A stretch of 20,477 nt of DNA from a virus (IMGVR_UViG_2703718852_000002:1-20477); one strand, 5' to 3'. Positions 9,253 to 17,745 are shown, numbered from the stretch's first letter. Translations and numbers: made by a program. The notes: a model not told the origin generated them from the letters alone.

Positions 9253-9601
9253 GCCAGAGTATGCAGAGAGTATACTTTCTGGTAAAAAAAAATATGAGTT
9301 TCGGAAAAATATTTTTAGAAATAAAAATGTTGATACGATAGTTATTTACGCAACGATGCCGGTTGGCAAAGTAATAGGTGAATTTAAAGTAGGAGATATT
9401 CTTGCTCTATCCCCTTCAGAATTGTGGGATAAAACGAAAGCTCATGCAGGAATTACACATTCTTTTTTTAAAGATTATTTCCACCAAAGAGAAAAGGCTT
9501 TTGCTATTTCCATCAAAAGCCCTAAAAGATATAAATTCCCTGTCGACTTAAATGAGTTGATTCCCGGCGGCGTCGCCCCACAGTCTTATCGTTATTTATA
9601 A
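9230..9601 (+). CDS. Cargo protein 3: ASCH-domain (PUA-like) protein (123 aa)
   Basis: ATG at 9230 preceded by GGAGGTG RBS. N-terminal MKVLLSIKPEYAESILSGKKKYEFRK carries the ASCH signature GxKxxExR seen in E. coli YqfB (GRKTITIR). Confidence 0.65.
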   Translation: MKVLLSIKPEYAESILSGKKKYEFRKNIFRNKNVDTIVIYATMPVGKVIGEFKVGDILALSPSELWDKTKAHAGITHSFFKDYFHQREKAFAISIKSPKRYKFPVDLNELIPGGVAPQSYRYL

Positions 9602-10141
9602 TGTTGTCTGGGCATGTTTCTTAACCATGCCCAGTTTTTCTAGGGCAATAGATAAATCGTTTGTTGTTGGGGATTCTAAGATAATTAATGGTACATTGAT
9701 TTTATTTGTAACATATTTTGCGTTTTCTCTTTCAGCTTCCATCAGCTTATTTAAATCATAAGTAATATCACTCCCATCTCGTTTCATTATTCGTTCTCTA
9801 ATTGTATCGGGAGACTCCTCAACTAAAATTACTCCATCTAGCCCCATTTCCTCAAATACTTCTTGCTTGAGAACTTCAATATCTCCATTTTTATTTATTA
9901 AGGTAAAATGACCATCCAATAAAATATTGGATACCTTTAACTTTAATGCATTAAGTGCCGTAAGTAATATTGATTGGTTTTTATCAGGTGTGGCCGTTAA
10001 CTTACTGTTATCAAATTTAATATTAGAATTATTTTTTATAAGTTCGCTTGCGCTTACATGAGTTACCCCGAAATCATCTTTTGCAAATGAACACAAGTAA
10101 CCTTTGCCTACACCATGAACACCTGCTATGAAAATTAACAT
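9596..10141 (-). CDS. Cargo protein 4: small P-loop NTPase / nucleotide-kinase-like protein (181 aa)
   Basis: Walker A motif at the N-terminus (IFIAGVHGVGKGYL) and Walker B-like hhhhDG (ILLDGHF). ATG at 10139-10141 with GGAGG RBS. Convergent with cargo 3; the 3' ends overlap by 6 nt. Confidence 0.7.
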   Translation of the reverse strand: MLIFIAGVHGVGKGYLCSFAKDDFGVTHVSASELIKNNSNIKFDNSKLTATPDKNQSILLTALNALKLKVSNILLDGHFTLINKNGDIEVLKQEVFEEMGLDGVILVEESPDTIRERIMKRDGSDITYDLNKLMEAERENAKYVTNKINVPLIILESPTTNDLSIALEKLGMVKKHAQTTL

Positions 10142-10206
10142 AGTATTACCTCCGTTTATTTATTTATGTTAGAATGTTATAGCCTTAGCATAGTAGAGGA
10201 TAGAGC

Positions 10207-10584
10207 ATGAAGTTTCAAGCTATATCGATTTTGACTCCAGCGGTAGAAAATATTATAAATGGTTCTAAATCTATCGAAATACGGTCGTGGTATCCTGAAA
10301 CGATACCATTAAAAAACGTCATTCTTGTTCAGAATGATAAATATCTTAAAAATCAAAGCGATATAGATCATGGGGTGGCTATGGCTATTGTCGATTTTGT
10401 TTCAGTTAGAAATTGGTCATATGAGGATTACTTAAAACAAAACCAAGAAACAACTCTTAATAAGCCTTGGTCTCCAGGTTATTATGTGTGGGAAATTAAA
10501 AATGTTAGAATTTTAAAAAAATCTATTCCTTGTGTGGCGAGGAAAGGTATTTATACAATAGATTTAAATATGGATTATATATAA
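10207..10584 (+). CDS. Cargo protein 5: second ASCH-domain (PUA-like) protein (125 aa)
   Basis: ATG at 10207 with GAGGA RBS. Motif NGSKSIEIRSW fits the ASCH GxKxxExR signature. Divergent from cargo 4. Confidence 0.65.
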   Translation: MKFQAISILTPAVENIINGSKSIEIRSWYPETIPLKNVILVQNDKYLKNQSDIDHGVAMAIVDFVSVRNWSYEDYLKQNQETTLNKPWSPGYYVWEIKNVRILKKSIPCVARKGIYTIDLNMDYI

Positions 10585-10595
10585 GGTATTGTGAG

Positions 10596-11387
10596 ATGTG
10601 TGGTGCCATTCTTCGAAATATTAAGCGTTATGCCATTATTTATTCACTGTTGTTTTTGGCTTTTATTTTAATGCTGATAGTGTTTGTTAGCTATGTTTGT
10701 AAATTTGGAGTGTATTCATGGAGTGATTCCGTAGAGAAATGGGGACAGTTTGGCGATTATATTGGTGGTGTACTGAATCCTGCTCTGGCCTTTATCTCTA
10801 TCATGCTTGTTTGTTTCACACTATATTCTACATCTAGGCAGTCATCTATTCAGTCATTCGAGTCTGTGTTATTTGAGTTACTAAGATTTCATAAAGATAA
10901 CTTATCAGAAATTAAAACAACGTATTCAGATGGAAAAGTGTATGTAGGACGGGAGGCTCTTTCATTATACATTACCGAAGTGAAGTTTAACCTACTTAAT
11001 ATTGTGGATGATTCACTTCCTTTGGATGAAAGGTTAGAGCTTTCAGTTAATATGGTTTATCTGGAAGGTGACAATTTTGCGAATGTGGGACATTATTTCA
11101 GGAATATTTACCATATTTTTAAACATATCAATGACTCTAACTATTTGACTGAGAAAGAAAAAACCAAGTATGCGAAATTAGTTAGAGCACAAATATCTTC
11201 TATAGAATCTGGCGCGATGCTATTAAATGGTTTTTCATCGGTAGGAAAGCCTGCCAAGAAATTTATTGAAAAATATTCTCTCCTTCAGGGGTTTAGTTTA
11301 AGTAAGGAATTCAAGCAGCAATTACATGATTTAGGTGCCTTAAAATTATACGATGACGTTGCTTATGAGGATAAAAAAGGGCATTAA
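10596..11387 (+). CDS. Cargo protein 6: membrane protein with two N-terminal TM helices and a cytoplasmic C-terminal domain (263 aa); candidate effector
   Basis: ATG at 10596, 12 nt after the cargo 5 stop. Hydrophobic segments IIYSLLFLAFILMLIVFVSYV and LNPALAFISIMLVCFTLYS. The ORF-track start at 10530 is TTG inside cargo 5 and is rejected. Confidence 0.6.
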   Translation: MCGAILRNIKRYAIIYSLLFLAFILMLIVFVSYVCKFGVYSWSDSVEKWGQFGDYIGGVLNPALAFISIMLVCFTLYSTSRQSSIQSFESVLFELLRFHKDNLSEIKTTYSDGKVYVGREALSLYITEVKFNLLNIVDDSLPLDERLELSVNMVYLEGDNFANVGHYFRNIYHIFKHINDSNYLTEKEKTKYAKLVRAQISSIESGAMLLNGFSSVGKPAKKFIEKYSLLQGFSLSKEFKQQLHDLGALKLYDDVAYEDKKGH

Positions 11388-12230
11388 ATGCCCTTATCTT
11401 GGTCAAGGATGTAGTCATTAAATGACACAATATTTTGATTTATCCAGGTGTTTAGCTCAACTAGTCTTTTCTGCAAAGGAACCAACTCATTTCTGACAAA
11501 AACCTTCGCGGCTTTTTCCACATCCCCAAACCCTCCAACATTATTAGGCATAATCCCCATCATTTGCGGCGGCACGCGGTGCGCAGCCATCATGTCATCA
11601 CGGCTCACGTTCTTGATATTCAGAAACTCATCCTTCGCCGCAACTTCTGACAATGGGATAATCTGAAGCCCGTCCTTTTTGCCGTTAGGCGAGTACATAA
11701 ACAGGTTGCGGAAGTTGCCCGGACCTTTGGCGCTTTTCATCGCATTGCGGAGGTTGTTCACATCTTCCTGGTTCTGCGCGGCATCGGTCATGTACATGAT
11801 GAAGCCTGCATGACTGCCGTTAATGTAATACTTCCGGCGGAACAGCGTGGCGGACTCGTTGAGCAGGGCTGACGGAATGGCAGAAAGATAACCTGGCAGG
11901 CCGTAGATCTCCTGGTTGATGTCCGGTTCCATCAGATGAAAAATGCTGCCTTTCGTGAACTGATACGGCTGGGTTGTCATACCGTATTGCACAAACCAGT
12001 AGGTATCCAGGTCTAACCCGCGTCGGGTATATTTTGCCAGAGCAGGCTCAAGGGCGATAACTTCACCGAAGCGGTTCGTGCGTTTCTCCAGGTAGGCGTT
12101 ACCAAATACCAGATAGTCCTGCACAAAACGTGAAAAAGCCTGCTGGCTGAGCAGCGGGTGAGGGATGTAGGTACTGGTCAGAATGTTGCATTTTACTGCA
12201 ATCGGTGACCGGAAGCAGAGCCGGTAATGG
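11384..12230 (-). pseudogene. Q: Portal protein gene remnant (P2 gpQ-like), 5' part deleted
   Basis: The C-terminal ~270 aa of the 317-aa ORF read as a P2-family portal (...AAHRVPPQMMGIMPNNVGGFG...FNDYILDQDKGI). The N-terminal ~30 aa of the ORF are antisense to the J remnant and not portal-like. Upstream boundary is approximate. Confidence 0.6.
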
Positions 12231-12439
12231 CAGCGGCAAAAGCCAGTCTGCAGAAGTACATTGCCAGCCAGACGAGGCTTGGTCGGGATATTCGCCGTAG
12301 CGCCATCTTTGCTGCTCTGCATGTTGAGGGTGTTCAACGTGTGGAACTGGCTTCTCCGCTGGCGGATGTGGTCCTGAACAAAACACAGGCGGCATCATGT
12401 ACGCAGTGGAGCGTAACCAACGGAGGAACGGATGAATAG
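12227..12439 (+). pseudogene. J: Baseplate protein J gene remnant (3' end only)
   Basis: A 70-aa ORF ending 5 nt into gene I, where the gpJ C-terminus would sit. No full-length J upstream; abuts the portal remnant. Confidence 0.45.
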
Positions 12440-13037
12440 TCTGCTGCCACCGGGTTCAACTTCACTGGAGCGCCGACTGGCGCAAACCTGTAGCGGGATT
12501 TCTGATTTGCAGGTGCCGCTGCGTGACTTGTGGAATCCGGCTACCTGTCCGGTCAGCTTCCTGCCTTATCTCGCCTGGGCGTTCTCTGTGGATCGCTGGG
12601 ACGAGGGCTGGACAGAAAGCGTCAAACGCCAGGTAGTGAAGGATGCTTTTTATATTCATCAGCATAAAGGAACCACCAGTGCCGTGCGGCGGGTGGTGGA
12701 ACCGTTCGGATTCCTGATCCGCATTATTGAGTGGTGGCAGACCGGAGAAACACCGGGCACGTTTCGCCTGGATATCGGCGTGCAGGACCAGGGCATCACT
12801 GAAGATACCTATCTGGAACTTGAGCGACTGATAAGCGATGCCAAACCATGTAGCCGCCACATGATCGGCATGTCCATCAATCTGCAGACCAGCGGCCCGC
12901 ATTGGGTGGGAGCCGCCAGCTATCTTGGCGAAGAAATCACGATCTATCCGTATATCAACGAAACGATTATTTCCGGTGGCACCGCGCATGAAGGCGGGGC
13001 GGTCCATGTTATTGACACAATGAGAGTGAATCCATGA
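12432..13037 (+). CDS. I: Baseplate/tail protein gpI (201 aa)
   Basis: LRDLWNPATCPVSFLPYLAWAFSVDRWDEGW...GTFRLDIGV matches P2 gpI as recalled. GGAGGA RBS. Stop overlaps the H start. Confidence 0.8.
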   Translation: MNSLLPPGSTSLERRLAQTCSGISDLQVPLRDLWNPATCPVSFLPYLAWAFSVDRWDEGWTESVKRQVVKDAFYIHQHKGTTSAVRRVVEPFGFLIRIIEWWQTGETPGTFRLDIGVQDQGITEDTYLELERLISDAKPCSRHMIGMSINLQTSGPHWVGAASYLGEEITIYPYINETIISGGTAHEGGAVHVIDTMRVNP

Positions 13038-14480
13038 GCACAAAATTTTATACCCTGCTGACGGATATTGGCGCGGCGAAACTTGCCAGCGCCGCCGCGC
13101 TCGGTGTGCCGCTAAAAATTACCCATATGGCGGTGGGCGATGGCGGTGGAGTATTGCCAACGCCGGACGCAAAGCAGACGGCACTGGTAAATGAGAAACG
13201 CCGGGCTGCGCTGAATATGCTTTATATCGACCCGCAGAACAGCAGCCAGATTATTGCCGAACAGGTGATCCCTGAAAACGAGGGCGGTTGGTGGATACGT
13301 GAAGTGGGCTTGTTTGATGAGTCCGGGGCATTGATTGCCGTGGGCAACTGCCCGGAAAGCTATAAGCCGCAACTGGCTGAAGGTAGCGGGCGCACTCAGA
13401 CCGTGCGCATGGTGCTGATTACCAGCAGCACGGACAATATCACCCTGAAAATCGACCCTGCTGTAGTGCTGGCAACCCGCAAGTATGTGGATGACAAGGC
13501 ACTGGAGCTGAAGGTGTACGCGGATGATCAGATGGCAAAACATCTTGCCGCACCGGACCCGCATTCACAGTACGCGCCAAAAGCCAGCCCGACATTTACC
13601 GGAACCCCCAAAGCGCCAACGCCAGCGGCGGGGAATAATACCACGCAGGTTGCGACCACTGCGTTTGTACAGGCGGCACTGACGGCCCTTATTAATGGTG
13701 CGCCAGCCACGCTGGACACGCTGAAAGAAATAGCCGCAGCCATTAACAATGATCCGAATTTCAGTACCACCATTAACAATGCGCTGGCACTAAAAGCACC
13801 GTTGTCGAGTCCGGCACTCACCGGAACGCCAACAGCCCCCACGGCGGCGCAGTCGGTCAACAATACACAGATTGCCACTACGGCTTTTGTGAAATCGGCG
13901 ATTGCAGGAATGGTGGGTTCTGCACCTGCTGCACTGGATACACTGAACGAACTGGCGGCGGCACTGGGGAATGATCCGAACTTTGCCACGACAATGCTTA
14001 ATGCGCTGGCAGGTAAACAACCGCTGGACAATACGCTTACCAATTTGAGTGGAAAGGATGTGGCTGGTCTTCTCGCATACCTTCAATTGGGAGAAGCGGC
14101 AAAACGGGATGTCGGAACCGGTAATAATCAACTCCCGGACATGTCCGCATTTGGTATGTCGCGAAACGGACAAACTGCCTGGGATATTCTCCCAAATGGT
14201 ATGATTCGACAGGCTGGCACTGTGACACTGACACCAGTTGGTAACTTCAACGAAATTGTTCTTGGTGGAGTGACGTACTACACCCATTACTACAGGGTTA
14301 ATTTCCCCAGACAATTCCCAAATGCACAAATAGCAACGCTGGCAACACTAGCGAGCTCAGAGTTTTCGAAACAGACAACAATGGCCGGAAAATCACTGGC
14401 AACGCATCGCGATACTGATTCTGGCACTGACGTATCAAGAACGCGATTCACTGTGGCGTACGGCAGCAGTAACTCGAACC
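13034..14480 (+). pseudogene. H: Tail fiber gene H, N-terminal ~480 codons, 3' part deleted and fused to the T remnant
   Basis: MSTKFYTLLTDIGAAKLASAAALG...MAVGDGGG...ESYKPQLAEGSGR...LDTLNELAAALGNDPNFATTMLNALAGKQP is P2 gpH-like. After about 14470 the frame reads low-complexity Cys/Arg-rich text, and no G/tail-fiber-assembly gene follows. Confidence 0.7.
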
Positions 14481-14489
14481 AGCAGCGCG

Positions 14490-15734
14490 TTGTCCTGGCT
14501 GGCTGGCGCACCACTGGCACTGCTGCGACGCGGGCTTGCTTCATCGGGCAACGCCGCAGGTTTACTTACTGCGCCGTTGTCGTCTTTGCGCCGCACGGCA
14601 TCACTGACGGGAAATGTCCTGAAAACTGTAGCAGGTGCGCCGGTTGCACTTTTGCGGTCTGGATTATCCGGTTTACGTGCTGTTGCTGTGATGTTTATGA
14701 ATCCTCTGGCGGTACTGCGCGGTGGACTGGCCGCCGCAGGCACGGTGCTGCGAGTACTGGCATCTGGTCCACTGGCGATGCTGCGCGTTGCCCTGTATGC
14801 CATATCTGGTCTGTTAGGTGCTCTGCTCAGTCCGATAGGTCTTGTGGTTACTGCACTGGCGGGCGTGGCGCTGGTTGTCTGGAAATACTGGCAACCCATC
14901 ACCGCATTTCTCGGTGGCGTGGTGGAAGGATTCAAAGCGGCGGCAGGTCCCATCAGTGCAGCGTTCGAACCGCTTAAGCCCGTGTTCCAGTGGATTGGCG
15001 ACAAAGTGCAGGCGCTGTGGGGCTGGTTTACTGATCTGCTGACGCCCGTTAAGTCGACCTCTGCCGAACTGCAGAGCGCAGCGGCAATGGGGCGGCGATT
15101 CGGGGAGGCACTGGCGGAAGGGCTGAATATGGTCATGCATCCGCTGGACTCCCTGAAATCCGGCGTTTCCTGGTTGCTGGAGAAGCTCGGCATTGTCAGT
15201 AAAGAGGCCGCAAAGGCAAAACTGCCGGAAAGCGTGACGCGTCAGCAACCTGCGACGGTGAATGCAGACGGTAAAGTGATGATGCCATCGGGTGGTTTTC
15301 CATCATGGGGATATGGCTTTGCGGGGATGTATGACAGCGGCGGGTATATCCCGCGCGGGCAGTTTGGCATCGTCGGTGAAAACGGGCCGGAAATTGTTAA
15401 CGGCCCGGCAAATGTGACCAGCCGGAGAAATACAGCTGCACTGGCTGCCGTTGTTGCCGGAATGATGGGCGTTGCTGCCGCGCCAGCAGAGCTTCCACCG
15501 TTGCACCCTTTGGCACTTCCCGCGAAAGGTGGAGAAGCAATTGTGAGTCGCGCAGCCACTGTGCCGCTCGTTCAACGGATTGAGGCACCGACGCAGATCA
15601 TCATTCAGACGCAGCCAGGACAAAGTGCGCAGGATATTGCGCGGGAGGTGGCACGCCAGCTTGATGAACGTGAACGCAGGCTGAAGGCAAAAGCCAGGAG
15701 TAACTACAGCGATCAGGGGGGATACGACGCATGA
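14490..15734 (+). pseudogene. T: Tail tape-measure gene T, C-terminal ~414 codons only
   Basis: Ala/Gly/Leu-rich tape-measure-like sequence ending directly before gpU (ATGA overlap at 15731-15734). The ORF-track start at 14490 is TTG; this frame is open back to a stop at 14349-14351. The N-terminal half of T and the genes for sheath, tube, E and G are absent. Confidence 0.65.
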
Positions 15735-16216
15735 TGATGGTGCTGGGATTGTACGTGTTTATGCTGCGCACCGTTCCGTATCAGGAACTGCAGTATCAAC
15801 GCAGCTGGCGACATGCGGCAAACAGTCGGGTAAACCGACGTCCGTCCACGCAGTTTCTGGGACCGGAAAACGACATGCTGACGCTTTCCGGTGTTCTTAT
15901 GCCGGAAATAACAGGCGGCAGGCTGTCGTTGCTGGCACTGGAGCAGATGGCAGAACAGGGGAAAGCATGGCCCCTGATTGAAGGCAGCGGCACGATTTAC
16001 GGCATGTATGTGATTGAGGGACTGAATCAGACTAAAACGGAGTTTTTCCGCGACGGTATGCCGCGCCGGATTGAGTTCACCCTGTCGCTCAAACGAGTGG
16101 ATGAATCCCTGTCCGATATGTTCGGTGATCTCAGTGCGCAACTGAATAATCTGCAGGACACGGCAACGTCTGCCTTAAGCGATATCAGTAAAACGGTGGG
16201 AGGGCTGCTGTCGTGA
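15731..16216 (+). CDS. U: Tail protein gpU (161 aa)
   Basis: Position between T and D, and size close to P2 gpU (159 aa). ATG overlaps the T stop. Confidence 0.75.
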   Translation: MMMVLGLYVFMLRTVPYQELQYQRSWRHAANSRVNRRPSTQFLGPENDMLTLSGVLMPEITGGRLSLLALEQMAEQGKAWPLIEGSGTIYGMYVIEGLNQTKTEFFRDGMPRRIEFTLSLKRVDESLSDMFGDLSAQLNNLQDTATSALSDISKTVGGLLS

Positions 16217-17313
16217 ATTTCAGCTCTGAACTGCTTAACAAAGGCAACAAAACTCCCGCATTCAGCATCAGTATTGAGGGCAGGGATATCACCACTGTGC
16301 TGGATAACCGCCTGATGAGTTTGACGCTGACGGATAACCGGGGCTTTGAAGCGGACCAGCTTGATCTGGAGCTGGATGACGCTGACGGAAAAATCGTGCT
16401 GCCGCGCCGTGGTGCGGTTATTACGCTGGCGCTGGGCTGGAAGGGGCAGCCGCTTTTCCCGAAAGGGGCATTCACAGTGGACGAGATTGAACACACTGGC
16501 GCACCGGACCGCCTGACTATCCGGGCGCGAAGTGCTGATTTTCGGGAAACGCTGAATACCCGCCGTGAAAAATCGTGGCATAAGACCACCGTCGGGGAAG
16601 TGGTGAAGGAAATAGCCGCGCGGCACAAGCTGAAGATGGCACTGGGTAAAGACCTGTCGGATAAGCCCGTGGAGCATATAGACCAGACTAATGAGAGTGA
16701 CGGCAGTTTTCTGATGCGGCTGGCGCGACAGTACGGTGCCATCGCGTCGGTGAAAAATGGCAATCTGTTATTCATCCGGCAGGGGCAGGGCAAAAGCGCC
16801 ACTGGTAAACCTCTGCCAGTGATCACTATCACACGCAAGGACGGCGACAGTCACCGATTTACCCTGGCAGATCGCGGAGCCTACACGGGCGTAATTGCCA
16901 GCTGGTTGCATACCCGCGAACCTGCGAAGAAAGAAAGCACCACGGTGAAGCGTAAGCGCAGAACTAAGAAGCAGAAGAAAGAGCCAGAAGCGAAGCAGGG
17001 CGATTACCTGGTGGGTACGGATGAAAACGTGCTGGTACTTAATCGCACTTATGCCAACCGGAGCAACGCCGAACGAGCGGCGAAAATGCAGTGGGAACGC
17101 CTGCAACGCGGCGTTGCGTCATTTTCGCTACAACTGGCAGAAGGGCGGGCAGATCTCTACACGGAAATGCCTGTGAAGGTCAGTGGTTTTAAACAGCCGA
17201 TAGATGATGCGGAATGGACCATTACGACTCTGACACATACTGTCAGCCCGGATAATGGTTTTACGACCAGTCTGGAGCTTGAAGTGAGGATTGATGATTT
17301 CGAAATGGAATGA
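16213..17313 (+). CDS. D: Tail protein gpD (366 aa)
   Basis: Resembles P2 gpD (...LTLTDNRGFEADQLDLELDD...TIRARSADFRETL...RLARQYGAIASVKNG...). GTG start overlaps the U stop (GTGA). Confidence 0.8.
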   Translation: MNFSSELLNKGNKTPAFSISIEGRDITTVLDNRLMSLTLTDNRGFEADQLDLELDDADGKIVLPRRGAVITLALGWKGQPLFPKGAFTVDEIEHTGAPDRLTIRARSADFRETLNTRREKSWHKTTVGEVVKEIAARHKLKMALGKDLSDKPVEHIDQTNESDGSFLMRLARQYGAIASVKNGNLLFIRQGQGKSATGKPLPVITITRKDGDSHRFTLADRGAYTGVIASWLHTREPAKKESTTVKRKRRTKKQKKEPEAKQGDYLVGTDENVLVLNRTYANRSNAERAAKMQWERLQRGVASFSLQLAEGRADLYTEMPVKVSGFKQPIDDAEWTITTLTHTVSPDNGFTTSLELEVRIDDFEME

Positions 17314-17403
17314 TTCTTCGCAATGGAGAACTTTTAAGTTTGCAAAATGGAATAATGCGGTATCATTATTGTGAATTTAGCAAAAATGGGGAGAGCTCGA
17401 AAA

Positions 17404-17622
17404 ATGATGATTTGCCCACTGTGTGGAAGTGCCGCCCATACTCGCAGCAGTTTTCAGGTATCTTCATTGACCAAAGAGCGTTACAACCAGTGCCAGAACA
17501 TTAACTGCAGCCATACTTTTGTTACCCATGAAACTTTTGTTCGTTCGATTGCAACGCCAAAAGAGTCAAATCCGGTTCAGCCGCATCCAATGAAATCAGG
17601 ACAGGTGGCGCTCTCTCTTTGA
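17404..17622 (+). CDS. ogr: Late-gene transcriptional activator Ogr (186 B-like), C4 zinc finger
   Basis: MMICPLCGSAAHTRSS...ERYNQCQNINCSHTF matches the P2 Ogr zinc-finger pattern (CPLC...CQNxNC). ATG at 17404 chosen over the ORF-track start at 17371. Confidence 0.85.
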   Translation: MMICPLCGSAAHTRSSFQVSSLTKERYNQCQNINCSHTFVTHETFVRSIATPKESNPVQPHPMKSGQVALSL

Positions 17623-17644
17623 CGCTGCCGCCATTTTGTCGCCA
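17623..17644. repeat. Right copy of the 22-bp att-core-like direct repeat (attR candidate); left copy at 19-40
   Basis: cgctgccgccaTtttgtcgcca at 17623-17644 versus cgctgccgccaCtttgtcgcca at 19-40 (21 of 22 identical). The right copy starts immediately after the ogr stop; the left copy lies inside the last codons of int. Confidence 0.6.
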
Positions 17645-17702
17645 TCGTTAAAAAACAGTGTTTCTAACATCATGATTTTAAACAGCTTAAATTTCAGGCA
17701 AC

Positions 17703-17745
17703 AAAAAACCCATCAACCTTGAACCGAAATGGCGGGGTTGATGGG
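17703..17745 (-). terminator. Putative ybjL terminator: hairpin followed by a T-run on the minus strand
   Basis: cccatcaacc / ggttgatggg 10-bp stem with a ~17-nt loop, followed on the minus strand by TTTTTT (plus-strand aaaaaa at 17703-17708). Confidence 0.4.

Larger units (their letters stand above)
19..17644. mobile_element. Defective P2/186-family prophage (integrase to ogr), bounded by a 22-bp imperfect direct repeat
   Basis: Gene content and order match P2/186 (int, cI, apl, cII, A ... Q, I, H, T, U, D, ogr). Direct repeat cgctgccgccaYtttgtcgcca at 19-40 and 17623-17644. Host genes ybjL/ybjM/grxA lie immediately right. Most structural genes are missing. Confidence 0.8.

Noticed and set aside
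10530-10595. Upstream TTG start for the membrane protein, overlapping ASCH gene 5
   Set aside because: Non-ATG start well inside the preceding gene. The ATG at 10596 just after the upstream stop is more parsimonious.
13034-14977. 647-aa ORF as an intact tail fiber protein
   Set aside because: Only the first ~480 residues are fiber-like. The remainder is Cys/Arg-rich out-of-frame translation of the tape-measure remnant, and no fiber-assembly gene follows.
12462-16838. Long minus-strand ORFs across the I-H-T-U-D region (for example 12462..13043, 14435..15193, 16027..16677, 16185..16838)
   Set aside because: Antisense shadows of GC-rich tail genes. Their translations are Arg/Ala/Ser-rich and low in complexity.
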